A stretch of 63,037 nucleotides of DNA, counting the filler, from Asterionella formosa (Eukaryota), in the NCBI GenBank assembly GCA_002256025.1. It is 8 parts of 8 records of this genome, joined end to end, with 100 filler letters (N's around TTAATTAATTAA, not from the genome) between each part and the next. Parts side by side here need not be neighbours in the genome. Positions count along the whole stretch, not along the records: positions 52,893 to 61,590 come from NKIB01011805.1; positions 61,691 to 63,037 come from NKIB01012399.1; 6 more parts are not named here. One strand, written 5' to 3'. Below the pieces are notes generated by a model. That model was not told the origin of the DNA, searched no databases, and worked only from the letters and a program-made list of their open reading frames with translations. A program made the translations under genes and the position numbers. Shown piece by piece: positions 61,230 through 63,037 of the stretch. Numbering within the stretch: the stretch's first letter is position 1; every line of letters starts with the position of its first letter.

Positions 61230-61590
61230 ATGACAAGTGCAATGCTGTCGAATACAGCCGTAGATAAAGAGAATTTGAAGGATAGCCTCTCATCAGCGGT
61301 GAAAACCGGTGGTCTGAAACGAGCCTTTGGGTCTCAAAATGGATCCCTGCCGTCAGCACTAACAGCCGATGTGAAAAAGCCCGTAACGATGCAAGAAAGA
61401 GCGGCAAAGGGGAAGCAATGGTGCTTGAACGATTTCGAGATCGGCAAACCTCTCGGACGAGGGAAGTTTGGTTCTGTTTACCTGGCACGGGAGAGGAAGA
61501 CCAAGTACATCGTCGCCATAAAGGTCTTACAGAAATCACAGCTTCTAAAAGCCGGCGTCGAACATCAATTGAGGCGCGAAATCGAGATCC
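61230..61590 (+). CDS. Aurora kinase, 5' part (truncated by contig end)
   Basis: [57 protein letters not shown] is the Aurora subdomain I-III signature. N-terminal KEN box. Confidence 0.93.
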
Positions 61591-61690
61591 NNNNNNNNNN
61601 NNNNNNNNNNNNNNNNNNNNNNNNNNNNNNNNNNTTAATTAATTAANNNNNNNNNNNNNNNNNNNNNNNNNNNNNNNNNNNNNNNNNNNN
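61591..61690. other. Artificial contig-join spacer
   Basis: 100 bases: Ns around TTAATTAATTAA. Confidence 0.97.
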
Positions 61691-61799
61691 CTCTAATGAT
61701 TGTATCAATTATGCTGATACCGATTCTGCTATGGAAATCTAGTATGGTTCGTACGTTTTTATAAAGCCATTCTTAGTGAACTTTCTTGGCTGAGTACTA

Positions 61800-63037
61800 C
61801 GGAGAGAACAAAGAACAAGGCTAGTACTGGACCTGCAGCCACTAAGCAATGTTTGATAATGCAGTTGATGTTATTAAAGAGATGCATCCTACGTACCATT
61901 TCGTTTTTCTCTTTGATCAGTCTTAGGGCCATTCAGAGCAAAGACTGGATGGATTGAGTGCTGCCAAAATGAACAATGTCTATTGAGCCGAGGAAAAGCA
62001 TCCACCACAGATTCGAGATACAATGGTTGTTGATCCAAATGGCTACAATCTTGGGCCATTTGAACTTATTCTTGAAAAGGGGCAAACACAGAAGAGACTA
62101 ATTTTTCTCCCCAATGATCCCAGACCCTCTTGGATGGCACTTGCTTGCTACAGAAAATGGAGAACAGACGCCATGATCTGTTGATTGTTGCTGTCTAGTG
62201 CCACTGACCAAAACCTCCAGAAATCTCAATGAGTCGTTTCTTGACTTGAATGCCCAAAGATCAAAACCAATGGAAAAAGCAAAAGGGAACTAAAAATTCT
62301 CTGCAAACATCAGGACAATTGTGAAAGAGAAATGAGGGTTCTTGGGAGGAGAAGTAAAGGGATAATTGCTTCTGGTCTTGCGGGAACAAGAATGGATTGA
62401 CCCAAACAATGTTGACAAATAGGTACCTATGGGAAAAGGAAGCAATTCATTCGGCATCATCAATCTACATACTACGAGCCTGCGCCACCTGATGTCAATA
62501 TAGCTACTACCTCGACTTCATCAATGAAGAAAGTTTGATGGGCGGAGCATGTGAGAAAAATCGGGGTTGAGGTGTTCTTGACGCCAACGTGCTTGGCTGA
62601 ACTTGCAGGTGAAGGCACTGAGTAACCTGGGCCTGTGCGGCCAAAGGATAAAGAAAAATCTATGACAAGGGTGGTGAGATAGTGTTTAGGAGGGGGGAGC
62701 AAAAGTTATCATAGCTGAACGCATTCGAAAATTCGTATGGACACTATATGATGGCATACCATCATGGCTGCTCTTGGCTGACAGTTGCCAAGTCAATGTA
62801 CAAACACAACAAGGGTGCACAAAAGACGGTCCCATTTTAATCGACTGGCTGATACATAGTTTTGAGACTCGCCATTTTGCAATGGGGTGGACTTTGATCA
62901 TTGCTTCGTTCGAAGCAACCAATCAATTCGAATGCTGTCCAGTAAAACAATGAAAATAATTGTGGCGAAAAAGCGCAGAATAGATCAAGAGATTTCAAAG
63001 GAATTAAAAGAACGGGGCATATATGATGCACCGCTCC
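61800..63037 (+). pseudogene. Degenerate IS630/Tc1/mariner-like DDE transposase
   Basis: HPTYHFVFLFDQS*GHSEQRLDGLSAAKMN, VLREQEWIDP and VFLTPTCLAELAGEGTE, with many stops and frameshifts. Confidence 0.7.

Noticed and set aside
61230..63037. Aurora kinase disrupted by a transposon
   Set aside because: The break is an artificial contig join.

Overview
Eukaryotic nuclear DNA, most consistent with a diatom or related stramenopile (short GT-AG introns, diatom-style LRR, sulfotransferase and 'GDNPS..GP.L.LGW' proteins). The window is not one locus. It is eight unrelated assembly pieces joined by artificial 100-base N spacers containing TTAATTAATTAA, and the six complete pieces are sorted by decreasing length (8731 to 8698 bp). 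Host genes: sulfotransferase, RRP12, ABCG half-transporter, membrane-anchored LRR protein, GT61-like glycosyltransferase, DUS1-like tRNA dihydrouridine synthase, tandem-domain GT31 galactosyltransferase, two unknown proteins, a membrane dual-specificity phosphatase, and the 5' part of an Aurora kinase whose promoter packs CCAAT, CHR, MSA and E2F motifs together. Much of the rest is transposon debris: Ty3/gypsy, PIF/Harbinger, IS630-Tc1-mariner-like, TA-flanked MITEs and tandem repeats. The most novel signal is inferred. The pervasive TA-CC(W)GG-TA 'microsatellite' looks like accumulated excision footprints of TA-targeting DNA transposons with CCW...WGG ends, and two insertions are visible by comparing repeat copies. 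A gypsy family appears to integrate into the CCWGG core of these tracts.
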